Origin: Octopus vulgaris
Taxonomy: Eukaryota
Assembly: GCA_951406725.2 (NCBI GenBank)
Contig: OX597830.1
Location: 49,476,001 to 49,540,000 of the forward strand
Length of the DNA: 64,000 bases
Direction of reading: 5' to 3'
Below are positions 40,201-53,457 of the stretch, one piece after another. Numbering within the stretch: the first letter of the stretch is position 1; each line of letters opens with the position of its first letter. Below the pieces are notes generated by a model that searched no databases, was not told the origin of the DNA, and saw only the letters and a program-made list of their open reading frames with translations. The translations under genes and the position numbers were made by a program.

Positions 40201-41004
40201 AGAAATTGTCGAATTCCTCTGTTGTTAAGGTATAGATAACTTATCATACTCTGCCCGAATGAGGCCCTCAAGACTCAATGCGGCTTCGACGTTTGATGTC
40301 TGTTTGTTGCGTGTGGATGAAGCGCAGATGAGAAAAGTTAGAGAAATAAAAAGCTACGCCGTTCGCTTAAGTTTGAACGTTGTTGTATGTGAGGCCAAAA
40401 GTACACTCTTTGTGGTGTGTGTGTGTGTGTATGTGTGTGTGTGTGTGTGTGTGCTTATTTAGACTACTATTAAGACATTTAGGTGTAGATTCTAATCCTA
40501 GTTGTGTTCTAATTAAAATGAGACTTAACTTTATTTCAAATTGTGCCATTTCAGTTTCACTATAAATTACCTCGTAATATGCATAATATCACATATCTAA
40601 ATCTAACTACTGAAAACTTACTACAGAAACACATTAGAAAGGCTCTCTCAAGAGAAGTCCACCTTTAGAAAATTAATTATCGATTAAGAACAGCATTGAG
40701 TTCAGTTACTCTCTAGTGAGCATGGTCTCATTGGTGTTACATCTCATGAAAACCCAATTAATCTTCACCATTCCTCAATATACAATGAACATGCAGTTTA
40801 GCTAAGTAAGAAATATTGATATAAACCAGAACTGAAGACTGAAATCCCAAACTGTATGCATCGTTTGGATCCAAATTTACATAGGAGCCAAAACATCAGA
40901 GTACAACAACTCTGATCACCAATAAATCGTACTTCATCTCTTGTCTTTCATTTAATACAGTATTAAGTCGGTTTACGAACGCCTCTGATCACGAATAAAT
41001 CTTG

Positions 41005-41055
<51 letters not shown>

Positions 41056-41059
<4 letters not shown>

Positions 41060-41390
41060 CAAGTCAAAATAGAAAATGCTAAAATAATTTTATAAAGAAT
41101 ATTTCAGTACCGGTTTCGGTCATTTTGAGACCTTTTCAACTGTAACGATTAAATAATTAAATTTGGAAAAATTAAAAGAAAATTTTTTTTAAAGGAATAT
41201 TTGTATAGTGTTCAAATATAAGTGGTATTCTGCCTTTCTCTGTCTCCCTTGTTTGCACTTGTGTGTTCGAGGCCGTTGTGAATTCTTGGTAGGGTAGAAG
41301 AAGAAGAAGGTTGATGAGGAGAGGGGGTGGAAAAATTTGGGAGTGCCTTGATGGTCGTATTTTGAATGGTCAGTGGCTGCTAGCAGTTAT
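41056..41390 (-). mobile_element. Probable PLE pLTR fragment carrying a hammerhead
   Basis: Bounded by (TA)n on both sides and contains the hammerhead motif at 41101-41146 close to its AT-rich 3' end, the same arrangement as the PLE at 1355-2686. Confidence 0.6.
41101..41146 (-). ncRNA. Minimal type I hammerhead ribozyme-like motif, U3/A8 variant
   Basis: Minus strand: gttacag-TTGAAAA-ggtc tcaaaat gacc-GAAA-ccgg-TA-ctgaaat. Perfect stem II, palindromic stem III (ACCGGT), GUA cleavage triplet, stem I cag/ctg plus extension. Confidence 0.75.
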
Positions 41391-41544
41391 ATATATATAT
41401 ATACATATATATGTATATTGGAATGTTTGGAGATGATGTACAGGTATTATATATTAGAAGAAATGAGGTACTCAGAAAATCGGATAGTTTATATTTACAG
41501 ATATTTATTTGTATACTACATTTTTTATATATATCTCATATCAC

Positions 41545-41595
41545 TTAGATCATTAGCGCTTTCTCCCATTCTAGTGGGGTTTTCAAATCAAATTA
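41545..41595 (-). ncRNA. Second U3/A8 hammerhead-like motif (degenerate) in a different pLTR-like fragment (41413-41600)
   Basis: Minus strand: tttgat-TTGAAAA-cccca ctagaa tggga-GAAA-gcgc-TA-atgatc. Stem II ccca/tggg, palindromic stem III (AGCGCT), CUA triplet, weak stem I. Confidence 0.55.
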
Positions 41596-41600
41596 ACTTA

Positions 41601-41870
41601 AGTCCGGGCAAGGTTGATTATGGAAGACCATCAGTCACCCATGCATACCGGCCTCCCCACTGCACGCCACCAATGTTATCCAAAAGAAAGGCAAAGGCTG
41701 ATAGAAGCTTGGCACCAGTGACCTCACAACTTATTTCTACAGCTGAGTGAACTGGAGCAACGTGAAATAAAGTGTCTTGTTGAAGAACACAACACGCAGC
41801 CCAGTCCGGGAATCGAACTCACAACCTCACAGTCGTAAGTTCGAGACTCCGACCACGAGCCATGCGCCTT
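41601..41870 (-). mobile_element. SINE family D, 3'-truncated
   Basis: Reverse complement of 27201-27470. Confidence 0.88.
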
Positions 41871-42000
41871 CAACCCCCCACACATACACAGATATATATA
41901 TATATATATAAATCACGAATTATTCGCGATCAGAGCTGTTCGAAAACCAGACTGTTCGAAATCGTACTACATCTCTTGTCTTTCTCATATTTATTTAATA

Positions 42001-42111
42001 CAGTATTACCTCGGTTTACGAACCCCTCTTGTCACGAATAAATCTTGCTTTATATATATATAAATCACGAATTATTTGCAATCAGAGTTGTCGAAAACCG
42101 AGGTACTACTG
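42001..42111. mobile_element. Tc1/pogo(Tigger)-type MITE, intact copy 2
   Basis: TIRs cagtattacctcggttt / aaaccgaggtactactg flanked by TA on both sides, with a short central (TA)n. Confidence 0.85.
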
Positions 42112-45100
42112 TATTTACACCTCAGGTAGGGTCAGTCTTTATGTGTTCAGTTTCGTAACACCACTAAGTTTAAAAACCTAAATATTCCAGCAGATTACAT
42201 AATATCTGCAATAAATAATAAATAAACGTTTATATGCACTTGGGACAATATTGAATAAAAGTTTTGTTTAGTGTTATAACTGATAACCCATACATATATA
42301 AGTGTGTGTATGTGTATGCGTGTGTCTGTGTGTATGTATACGTATATATATATATGCATACACATATATACATACATATATATGTATATATATATATATA
42401 TATATTATTCATTCTATGTGAATATATAGATTTAATTATTGTTTCTTCGGCAATATATTTTTTTGTTAATATTTCAAATTTAATATTCTAGATAAATACG
42501 AATATAAATAGCTGCCAGAACAACCTTCCGTTTCCTATTAATTTAAAAACAACTTCAGACAAATAATGAGAAAAATTCTCTATTTTTTTTACTTGTTATC
42601 AGAAAATATACAAAATCTAATGTTTCTAACCTTTCTAAACTAATCTCAAATACATATATATATATACACACATACATACAATATACACAGACACAGCCAA
42701 ACACACACAGGCACATACACGCGCATACAGACAAACACACACACACAAACACACGCACACACGTATCTGTGTGTGTATATGCGTATATTTGCGTTTATGC
42801 CCATATGTAGGTACTGCAGTGTGTTTCTTGTATTTATACCATCGTCTATGCATTATTTTTGGACTTACGTACCAGCATTGGGAACGGACGTTAAATGATA
42901 ATGAATTTGTACATATGAAATGTGTAGTGAATAAATATATTCAATGCCGACTAACATATACCATCATATGCACCACACTTGTGACTACTGCATGTATATA
43001 TGAGAATGGGAATGTTTTATTTTTAACATAAACCATCTTGCGATCTTGACATTTCTTTAAGGAGATATCTTTCTACAACCCACTTCCTGGAACTCTATAG
43101 CTTTAGTGTCTTCTGATATAGAAACTAGTTTATATCAGTCACGCCTCAAACTTCTTGGCTACATTTGCATGATTGCTTAGTTGGAGTGGTAAGGGAGATA
43201 AGCATGATATTTTCCAGAGCTTCCGAAATTGGTGAGGGGAGAGGGAGGCTTTATCACAGGACGGCGGCTTGGGCCAAATATCCACAACTCAGAAAGCTCC
43301 GTTAAATGTTACTAGAGACCAGAGGTTGATGGTATAAAGGTTGACATGTTTTATCTACCTTCTCAAAACTGAGAAATCTCACTTGAAGTCATTCCACACA
43401 GTTTTTATCCCCACCAAATTTTGCTGTTATGGTAAGAAACATGTTCCAAGGTGTAGTGTTGTGAGATCGAACCCAAGCCATCGTCACTAAGCCATTAATT
43501 TTTTTTAAGCCTAAAGCATTGGCTGTGCTTAAATTAATTTCCTGGGTCAAAAGAATTCCAAAAGAAAGAGTTTATAACTCTTACCGAATGTCCATGAAAC
43601 CTACTGCAATTTTTTTAGTGTTCTTACTGTTTCTGCTTACGCCCAAGTTACTCTAATGTATGACAAATGTTCTACGTTCAAATTTCGCCGAGGTTCACCT
43701 TGCATTTTATACTTTCGGGGTCCATAAAATAGTACCAGATGAGCGCTCGTATCGATGTAACCGACTTATTCCTGCTCCAAACTTGCTGTCCTTGCGCCAT
43801 AATTTGAATTTATTATCCAATGGATCTTTTTTTTTCTCGATCCGATTGGACGAATTTATTAGCAGGTTGAATGACTACCAAGAAGCTTCTTTGTTAAACC
43901 GATATCGTGTGAAGCAATGTGGGCCGTGTACTTCTAATTAATATTGGATGAAACAATTACGTGGGAATTAAATCTCCATGGATACATTATTTTATTGCTG
44001 GTGAGGGTTTATAAAAACTTCCAACGTTTTAAGGTATGGTTCGTCACCTCTTTAAAGCTGTGAATTTTATAAAACCCTGCCATGTGATAATAAAACTAGG
44101 ATCGATAAAGTTCCTCTTTCAGTTTGGAAAGTCTTTGTGTAAAAATATAACAAACAAATTTTCCTTAAGCTGCATCCTGTCTTTATGAAAATGGGAGAAG
44201 GCTGTATGGATAATATCGCTATGGAAAGATGGTCAAAGAAGGATGGTCTATAAAGAAATCTACTGGATCAGGAATGGTTTGAGTCTAAGCAAGAACAAGG
44301 AATTGTGATATATCTGGAACCTGAAAGGTCTCACTATTTGTCTTGGTGTACGATATTGGTAACAAACAATTGCTAAAATATATTTATCTGGTTTAGACGT
44401 TGTTGTTGCCGTTGTTTTAACCCAAGGCCAGCCTGGTTGTACATACCTTTCATTAAAGGCGTTATACCTATGATCGTCTGTAGCAGAAACAATTTATTAA
44501 AGAGGTTACACGTATGACTTTCTCGTGCTTTTTTTTTCTCTAGCAGAAATAGTTTTTTTCGAATTCTCCGTGCATTCTTTCTATGATCGTGAGCTGAGAT
44601 AAATAGGAAAGCTAACTGCTTTTTCCAGCAAGACAGTATATTTAACGAGGCACAGGAAACGACTCAGGTGATGCAACTTTTATTTCCAGCAAGTGGAACC
44701 GTTTATACTCAAGCTCCCTTCTTGTCTTGTATTTCATAAATAAATTAAAATGGTGGATGGGAATCAAACTCGATACTCTTTCGACATTGTATCTCTGTTA
44801 AACTGTCAATTACTTCTGTTATTAATCTCACAAGAATTCTTTTCAGGTAAACATCACAATCACTGTGGCTAGTTTATCTGTATAAAGTTATTTATTACAA
44901 TAAAGATATTTCGTTGCATTCACCTGTTAAAATAGTCATATTAAATTACATGAGTTGATGATATTTCTTCAGAGATTTCAAAATATATTTGGAAATTGAG
45001 ACAAATGCTTTCATAGAAATATTGAAACTGATTTATATGATCTCACATTTAAGAATGATATTGTTGTAGAATAGAGCAAATCTGTGCTCGGTAGAACTCT

Positions 45101-46352
45101 TAACAACTTCATTACGATGAAGTGTTTCGAAATTGCCACCTCGAATCACGTTTTATAATTTGGTACTGCCAATTATTCGCTTGCAAATGGAACACTATTG
45201 ATGGCGAGTAATTTCATCAAACAGCTGTTATTATGAAAATCATTCGGCTCTAAATATGAAAAGGTATTCTAAAAATGAACCGTTTGTTAGAATCAAAATT
45301 CAAGATACCGTTATGAAAAACTGTTTATCAATAAATAATTAAACTATAAATAGTAATGTCACTGCTACAACTACCATTACTGCCACTGGTACTAATGAAT
45401 TAACTTTAACCCATATTAAACCACCGTCCTCGTTTGAGAGCAGTTGTATTTGGTTAATTTACTAAAATAAAATTTAACTGGAGGCAAAATAGTGCTTGTT
45501 GTATACTGCAATACGTTTCCGTATGTTTGTTATCCCGATTTAAATAACTATCTTCAAAATTTCGACAGGGTTAACCCGAGTTAAAATGGGTTAATCACTT
45601 CGGAGTTTGAGGTAAGATAAAAGCAGGAAGCGCACTAGCAACGGTGAAGTGGGAGGCATCTGGAAATAATGATAGATAGTAGTTGTGTTGAGATCGTATC
45701 TGTTGACGCTGGAAGATTCAGTGGAGGTGTTTTAAATCGATCCTTTTGTGTGGAAATATTGGTGTTTGTGTGTGAGACAGAGAGACAGACAGATATATTC
45801 ATACACACAAAAGCGTGGGTAGCTAAATTGACAGAAGCAGGCACGTTAATGGCTAGAAAATACGCTATGTCGAATTTGTGATATGCTGTTCTCATTAAGC
45901 GACAAATGACGCGAACATCCGATATCCTTGTTATCACATACATTATATTGTCACGCTGTCGCATTCCTGCTCGCCCCCACCGGGTGGAGGTCTAAAGATC
46001 CAAGGGGAAATTGTAAGAAAATGAGACGATAATGGGGGTAGCCAAAAGCCAAAAGCGGGTGATGGATGGCAATGCTACCCTCCATTTTTTAATGGTACAC
46101 TCAAATTTCGAAAATAGTTAAAAATCGATCGGAATTATGTTTTGAGAAAATTAAGTTCAAGCAAGAACAGAGAACACAAATAAATTGAAGAACAAAAAAC
46201 CCCAAATGTTTAGAGATGAAGCTGATCATCAACTTCCCAAGAGAATTCTTGTGCAAGACGAAAATATAACGAAAATATATGATGTTGAACGAAGACAATG
46301 TCAACAGCAACAATATTGATGGAAGGAATAACACCAAAAACAAATTGTACAG

Positions 46353-46406
<54 letters not shown>

Positions 46407-46491
46407 TTATGTATGTATGTATCGAGAAAGAGAGAGAGAGAGATGTACAGATACGAACACGTGTGTGTGTGTGTATGTGTGTGTGTATGTG

Positions 46492-46542
<51 letters not shown>

Positions 46543-46828
46543 TTGTGTGTGAGTGTGTGTGTGTGTACGAATGCGTTTGTCCATGCCGAATGCTGTACCA
46601 GACTGTAATCTCTAGTATCCAGATTAGATCCGAGAGATCTAATCTGGGTATCACTACACAGAACACTTTCTTCGTTACCGATGCCAAATACGTATCTATC
46701 TTTCTATCACTCTGTCTGTCTGTCTGTCTGCCTGTCTATCTATCTATCTGTCTATCTGCCTGTATGTATGTCTGTCTATATCTATCTTTCTATCTCTCTC
46801 TCACTCTCTCTCTCTCACTCTCTCTCTC

Positions 46829-46892
<64 letters not shown>

Positions 46893-46894
46893 TT

Positions 46895-47149
46895 TTAATT
46901 CTTTTATTCTTTTACTTGTTTCAGCCATTTGACTACGGCTATGCTAGAGCACTACCATTAGTCGGACGAATCGACCCCAGGACTTATTCTTTGTGAGCCT
47001 AGTACTTATTCTATCGGTCTTTTGTTGAACCGCTAGGTTACAGAGACTTTGTTTGTCAAGCGATGGCGGGTGACAAACACAAGAGACACAAATACATACA
47101 TACATAGATATTTATATAAATATATTTGTAAATATGTATTCATACATAC

Positions 47150-47190
<41 letters not shown>

Positions 47191-47330
47191 CCGTTTCCGA
47201 CTACCAAATCCACTCACAAGGCTTGGGTCAGCCCGAGGCTTTAATAGAAGACACTTGCCCAAGTGTCACGCATTGGGGCTGAAGCCGAAACCATGTGGTT
47301 GGCTAACAAGCTTTCTATCACACAGCAACC
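46895..47330 (-). mobile_element. SINE family B
   Basis: cttttacttgtttcagccatttgact...ctaccaaatccactcacaagg...gaagacacttgcccaag. Confidence 0.85.
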
Positions 47331-47338
47331 TATAAATA

Positions 47339-47390
<52 letters not shown>

Positions 47391-47394
<4 letters not shown>

Positions 47395-47472
47395 TTTGGA
47401 TTTATTCCCTAATATTATTATTATTATATATATATATATATATAATAATATTAGGGAATAAATCCAAACTTA
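47391..47472. repeat. Perfect 30-bp inverted repeat around (TA)n
   Basis: taagtttggatttattccctaatattatta (47391-47420) / taataatattagggaataaatccaaactta (47443-47472). Confidence 0.9.
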
Positions 47473-47682
47473 CAGGGAAAAATGAAATTTAGGATTAAAT
47501 CCAATTTTATAGTATAAATATATTATATTATATTATATTATTTGCCTGATAGTGGTTTTATCTCTAATTTAATATAATATATATCTATATATATATATAG
47601 GTATATATATACATACATACACACATGTATGCTTATACATATGTGTATATATATATATCTATCTATATATATATATATTTAT

Positions 47683-47746
<64 letters not shown>

Positions 47747-48085
47747 ATTTTTTTCACTGAACAAATTGTATATTTTTGTTAACTACAATTTTCATTTCGG
47801 TGCATTTCGCATTTAGCGAAATGTTATCTTCTGTATGTAGCTTTAGGTTAGAGTTAAGAAATTCTTCATATCTTTCATAATTTGGTATTTTGACTTTTGT
47901 TCCGAGTAAATGTTTGTTCAATTCTTTGAACGCATTTTATGAATGTAATATTAGTGTTCGTAATCATCACTTCAATTGATTTTTTAATAATTTTATAAAT
48001 TTTGTACATTTTCAGTATCAAACATATTTCAGAATTTGTCTTCATAGACTTCACCCAACAGAATCATACATTGATTAAAATAAGT

Positions 48086-48123
<38 letters not shown>

Positions 48124-48159
48124 GCATATATATTATGTATGTACACATGCATGTATATA

Positions 48160-48202
<43 letters not shown>

Positions 48203-48644
48203 CTATAATAATTTTTCTTCATAGAATACTGAAGTATAGTAAGAAGCCCTGTTATGTGTGTGTGTGTGTGTGTGTATGTGTGTATGCGTATTTCTTAGGG
48301 TTTTCTACACAAGACACTCGTGGACAGACTTTCTTTAAAGCTTTTTAATCTGTTGGTGTGTTTACGTCCCCTTCATCGTATATTTGGATACCAAGCCACC
48401 TTTTTTTGTAATTTTTCATCATGTTGTAGGTATGTCGAATTTTGAAACGCTTGTAATCCCTATTTTTACTGAAAAATAAAAATTGGAAAATTTATCATGC
48501 ATGTAACAGAATTTCTGTTTTTTTTTTTTTTTTGTGAGGTGGCGTTATCATCGTGAAAGTCAAAATAAAATCAAAGTTCAAAATGTTTTTCTCTAAAAAT
48601 GCGTATTAGAAGTGTTTCTAATTGTAGAATACATTTAACATTGG

Positions 48645-49852
48645 CGATATATTGTGCAATATACTTAAAGCAACCAAACTTAGCTTACAGTTAGGTAAGC
48701 CCACTCTGGCAATCAATACAAATATGTTTTGCTCATGTTTGCTTCGTCAAAGATAAACCTTTGGTTCAGGAGCTATTATTTCTAAGACAACTAGAAACAG
48801 ATACAAAAGAAGAGTCAGCATTTCGTATTTGAGCAATCGATGGGGACACATCAATGGTAGATTGCCATCACTGATTCATCAGTTTACTGAAAATGTTATA
48901 CCTAGCGTGTTTACAGCGCATTCTATGATCCACAGGCAACATCTAGTTGCAAATAACCGAAGTGACAGACTTAAAAACAGCTGAGAACTCTTATCACAGC
49001 AGTAAATAAATCCAAGGCACATGCTCTCAATTTTACTGTTTCAACAGTTTTGTACTAAGAATTATAAAGATTTTGAACGTTTGCTGTTGCACACAGAAAT
49101 TCGATGGGTATCAAAGGGAAACTGCCTAAAAGTTTACATTCACATTTGTTGAATTCTCGTAAGGCTCTTTTTCTGTTCCTTGTGATGAACCAAGGAACAT
49201 CAAGCATGACATGGCTTATATGGGCGATATGTTCCCAAAGTTGAATGAACTTCATTTGCAACTGCAAGAAAATATGGTTAAAACTTATCAAAGTAAAATC
49301 AGTTCTGTCCACATTTCTGCCCAAGTTACAGTCATTCAAATATAACCTAAGGTGTCGTTAATTCTTTCAATTTCTGAGTCTTTCTGAAATGGAGAAGGAA
49401 AAGTACATACCAGAAGTGTTATGGTTCACACGTGGATGTGGGGCACAGAGACATGTCTAACAAATTTCAGGATATTTATTTTTGATTGAAATATCAGTCT
49501 GGGTGATTCTTATGTATCAGTAATGATATGTAGAATAGTAAAAGTACTGACTTCACTTTAAAATTAGATTGAGCTGAGGCCAAAGAACAAGAAATCATGT
49601 AAGGATTGCTTATTGCAAAAGTACCTTTCTGACCGCTACCCTTCACTGTAGAACAAAGTCAAGATGTACTTTATTGCCTTCCCAACATCATATTTTGTAG
49701 GTCGGGGTTTGAGAGCAGTTGCCTAGACTCTTTGTAAGCTAAAATACAGACTGAAAATTAATGAATGCTGGGATCGAAGACTACTCCTTTGTACCTTTCA
49801 GCCTGATATCGAGAAACTGATGTCCCTGCACAATGTACATCCATCACGATAG
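48645..49852 (+). mobile_element. Degenerate hAT (Charlie/Buster, SCAND3/ZBED5-like) transposase
   Basis: Frameshifted translation gives LCNILKATKLSLQL, VQELLFLRQLETDTK, IDGDTSMV, HSMIHRQHLVA (C..H motif), FERLLLHTEIRWVSKGNCL, IAFPTSY and QPDIEKLMSLHNVHPS. Confidence 0.9.
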
Positions 49853-52007
49853 AAATATGAGAGTGATGTACTTACAGTGCGATGTAAATTTGCATTTTCA
49901 TATTAGAGATTAATTTACTGGTAAATTTGATGGGAAATTTGCCGGGAACTTGCGGGGTGCTTCCTTTGCTAAAATTGGTATTGCTCGTTGCCTACAAACG
50001 TGAAGTGTATCATAACTCCAATTCTATTTCAATTTGCCTTGTAAAAGGCATTCCGATTGACACCATTCCAGTTTTCTTATTTTCAAGGCGATTAAAGTAG
50101 AATTTCATTTTTATTTCCAGTTGGTGGTTCGATGTAGCCATGGTTTAAGCTAAGATGACAATATATGAATAATCAATGAATTATACTGGCAATTCATTAG
50201 TAAAATTTTACTGATGGCCTTGAAGGTGTCACTAAATTCAGTGAATGCCTAAACACTTTTCTTCAAATATAATCTTACATACAAGACGCAATATGAGTGT
50301 CGTTTGTCACGCTGGTATAAGAAGTTTAAAACAACAACACAGTGGGAATGAGTGACAGTCAGAGACACTAACTGTCAGAGAACTATAATAATAGGTTTTG
50401 GTCGGAAGTCGCTGGTATCTTGATCAGAATAAAACTGCCAATTTTTTATCGTTTCTATATAAGCACAAATATTCAAGGCAGTGTAAACTCCGTTTTATAA
50501 AGTGCCCCGTAGAGATTATAAAGAGAGGTTTTGTATATAACGCTACGATATCGGTGATGGTAACCTTCAAAAGAATAAACTTGTGGCACCGACTTCTCAG
50601 GTATATAAAACTATGATATTCAGACTCTAGTTATTGTAAGAGTTACAATCAATTGCTACAACATAATACAATGAAAATAGTATTTTAGATAGCATTATGC
50701 AATTACGTAGGACGTCATACAACTGTGTTGATGTTGGCTGATAAAGCGAATCTGTGGAAATCTGACATGATGAGAGGAGGTTAACTGCTTAAAAACTTCA
50801 TTTATTAATTTCTATAAAAATTTAACATAGTTTAGATTAAAACAAAAAAAAAAAATAAATAAAAATAAATATAATTTCCAAACAACCATTAGATATTTCC
50901 GAAACAGAATTGATTCTGTGATTTTATGGTCGATTTATTGGAGACAGCATCGATATTTTGGCGAATTCATCAGACTGTATGTTTATAATGAGATGATGAA
51001 TTAAAGAATACATACCTTTTTTATAGACTACGATCCAAGCTAATTTTCTACCAATTTCATTGACAATCGATTTAAGTAGCTGTTGTTGGAACTCTATATG
51101 CGTTGGTCAACAACTCATATTTTAATGCAGCTCGTATTAAAGATCTCCTATATATCATTAGCAGAGATTAATCAGAATACAAAGCTATACGACAATATTA
51201 GCTTTACTATTAGGGAGTGTTATTAACAACGCAGCAAATTATCAATTTCTGAGTCTCTCCATATAGATTACATCAAATTACGCATATCTATGCGTGTGTA
51301 TATACATACGTACATAGATACATAAATACTTAGATACATACATACATACACACACATACATACAAACACACACACACTCACACATATATATGCATACAGA
51401 CGCACGCACGCACACACACACGCACACACATACACATATTACTTGCTTTAGTCATTCGATGCAGCCATACTGGGGCACCAACTCTAAGTATTTTAGTTGA
51501 ATAATTCGACTCTGGTCCTTTCTTTTAAAGCCTGGTATTTGTTTTATCGCTCACTTTTGGCGGGCCGCTATCCTACCTACAGAGGTTTTTAGGTTAAGAG
51601 AGAGGTGGGGTAAACCAAAGGATATTTCTGTGGTAATTTCTTCTACTGATGTTGGAGCCCGGCATGTAGGAGATGCGGTCCCTAAATCCGCTAAAAACTA
51701 GGGCCTCGTTATAGTAGGGGGCTGCTGCATCAAAAATCTCTTGGCTGGAGGAAAAGTTCGGATCCTTTTACTAACACCCTTCACCAGGTTTTTAAACACG
51801 ATGGGTGGTTGACAGGAAGCTCTAGGCATGGCTAGGACCTTATTTCTTTTCAGACTTAAGAAGACAGAGGAGAACACTTCTTTTAAGGGTATCAAGGATA
51901 TACAACCCGATGAGGCCTCATGCATAAGCGTAGTCGTAGGCCCTCATCGCTACGTCAAAGGAGCCTGTGGGGTCAGATTGCTTGACCCAGGTCGAACTTT
52001 TATTGAT

Positions 52008-52213
52008 AGGCGGCGGGTAGGCAGGAACGTTAACACTCTGGGCGAAATGCTTAGCGGTCTGCCTTTACATTCTGAGTTCAGATTCCGCTGAAGTCGACTT
52101 TGCCTTTCATCCTTTCGGGGTCGATAAATTAAGTAGCAGTTGCGTACAGGGGTTGATCTAATCGACTGGCCCCCTCCTCCAAAAGATTTCGGGCCTTGTA
52201 CCAAGTATAGAAA
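52008..52213 (+). mobile_element. SINE family A monomer with tail
   Basis: ggcggcgggtaggcagg...gtcgactttgcctttcatcctttcggggtcgataaattaagt...ggccttgtaccaagtatagaaa. Confidence 0.85.
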
Positions 52214-52517
52214 AGCACTGCTCTTCTGGTGGACATAATGGCATCTATATCATCTATAATTAATTGATGGTGCATGAAAAGGCTGCCTCTGTAATGCTGC
52301 CTGACACTTTGGTACAAGTCGCTGACGATGAAACTATGAGAATAAAGAATAAACTTTTCTGCTCTTAAGAAGACACACAATACTAGCAGCGAAATTGAAC
52401 TCCTGGTTCAATAACCAATTATCTACTTAACTATCCATCTTTGCCTGTCTACGTGTGTATCTGTGTACCTATTCTTCTATATGCTTGTGTTTATCTATCT
52501 ATCTATCTATCTAGCTT

Positions 52518-52583
<66 letters not shown>

Positions 52584-52584
52584 A

Positions 52585-52623
<39 letters not shown>

Positions 52624-52634
52624 AATCTATTTAC

Positions 52635-52686
<52 letters not shown>

Positions 52687-52924
52687 TATCTACCTACCTA
52701 CCTATCTACCTACCTATCTACTTACCTACCTACCTACCTACTTACCTACCTACCTACCTACCTACCTACCTACCTACCTACCTATCTATCTATCTATCTA
52801 TATATATATCTATCTATCTATCTATCTATCTATTATCTACCTACCTACCTATCTACCTACCTATCTACTTACCTACCTACCTACCTACCTGCCTACCTAC
52901 CTACCTACCTACCTACCTACCTAC

Positions 52925-52984
<60 letters not shown>

Positions 52985-53358
52985 TCAACCAGCTATCTAC
53001 CTTTATCTATCGATGACATTATATAATCTGGTGTGGATATCATGAAAATTGCAGACAATTTAAACTGTCGATCGTATCAGGAAAATATATATCTGAAGAT
53101 GGCTTCCAAAAAGAGAACATTGTATGATGGAGACATAGAAGATATTTTGTAGAAGTTATTTTTGTAAAAATTCCAGCCAGGAGATGTCAGAGTTCAGATC
53201 ATTATTATGTGAACAGATGAAGACGACAATAAAAGTAACGTTGGAATAGCAGAAAATAAAAACGATATCGAGAAAGAATTTCAGTGTGTATCTCACAATG
53301 ATGCCATATAACCATCCTTCTCTGCTGATCTCTTTCGAACGATTCGGATTATACATAA

Positions 53359-53429
<71 letters not shown>

Positions 53430-53457
53430 AACAAACACACACACACGCACACACAAC

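Larger units (their letters stand above)
40958..41955. mobile_element. Tc1/pogo-type MITE copy 1, expanded by ~0.9 kb of nested insertions in its central (TA)n
   Basis: The left half 40958-41008 and right half 41905-41950 match the intact copy 42001-42111. Confidence 0.75.

Noticed and set aside
51905-51950. CCGATGA-ggcc...ggcc as a further hammerhead
   Set aside because: There is no GAAA box after the stem; it is a simple hairpin.
53099-53300. MASKKRTLYDGDIEDIL...acidic stretch resembling a piggyBac transposase N-terminus
   Set aside because: Several stops, no catalytic region, and no TTAA/TIR identified. Too weak to call.
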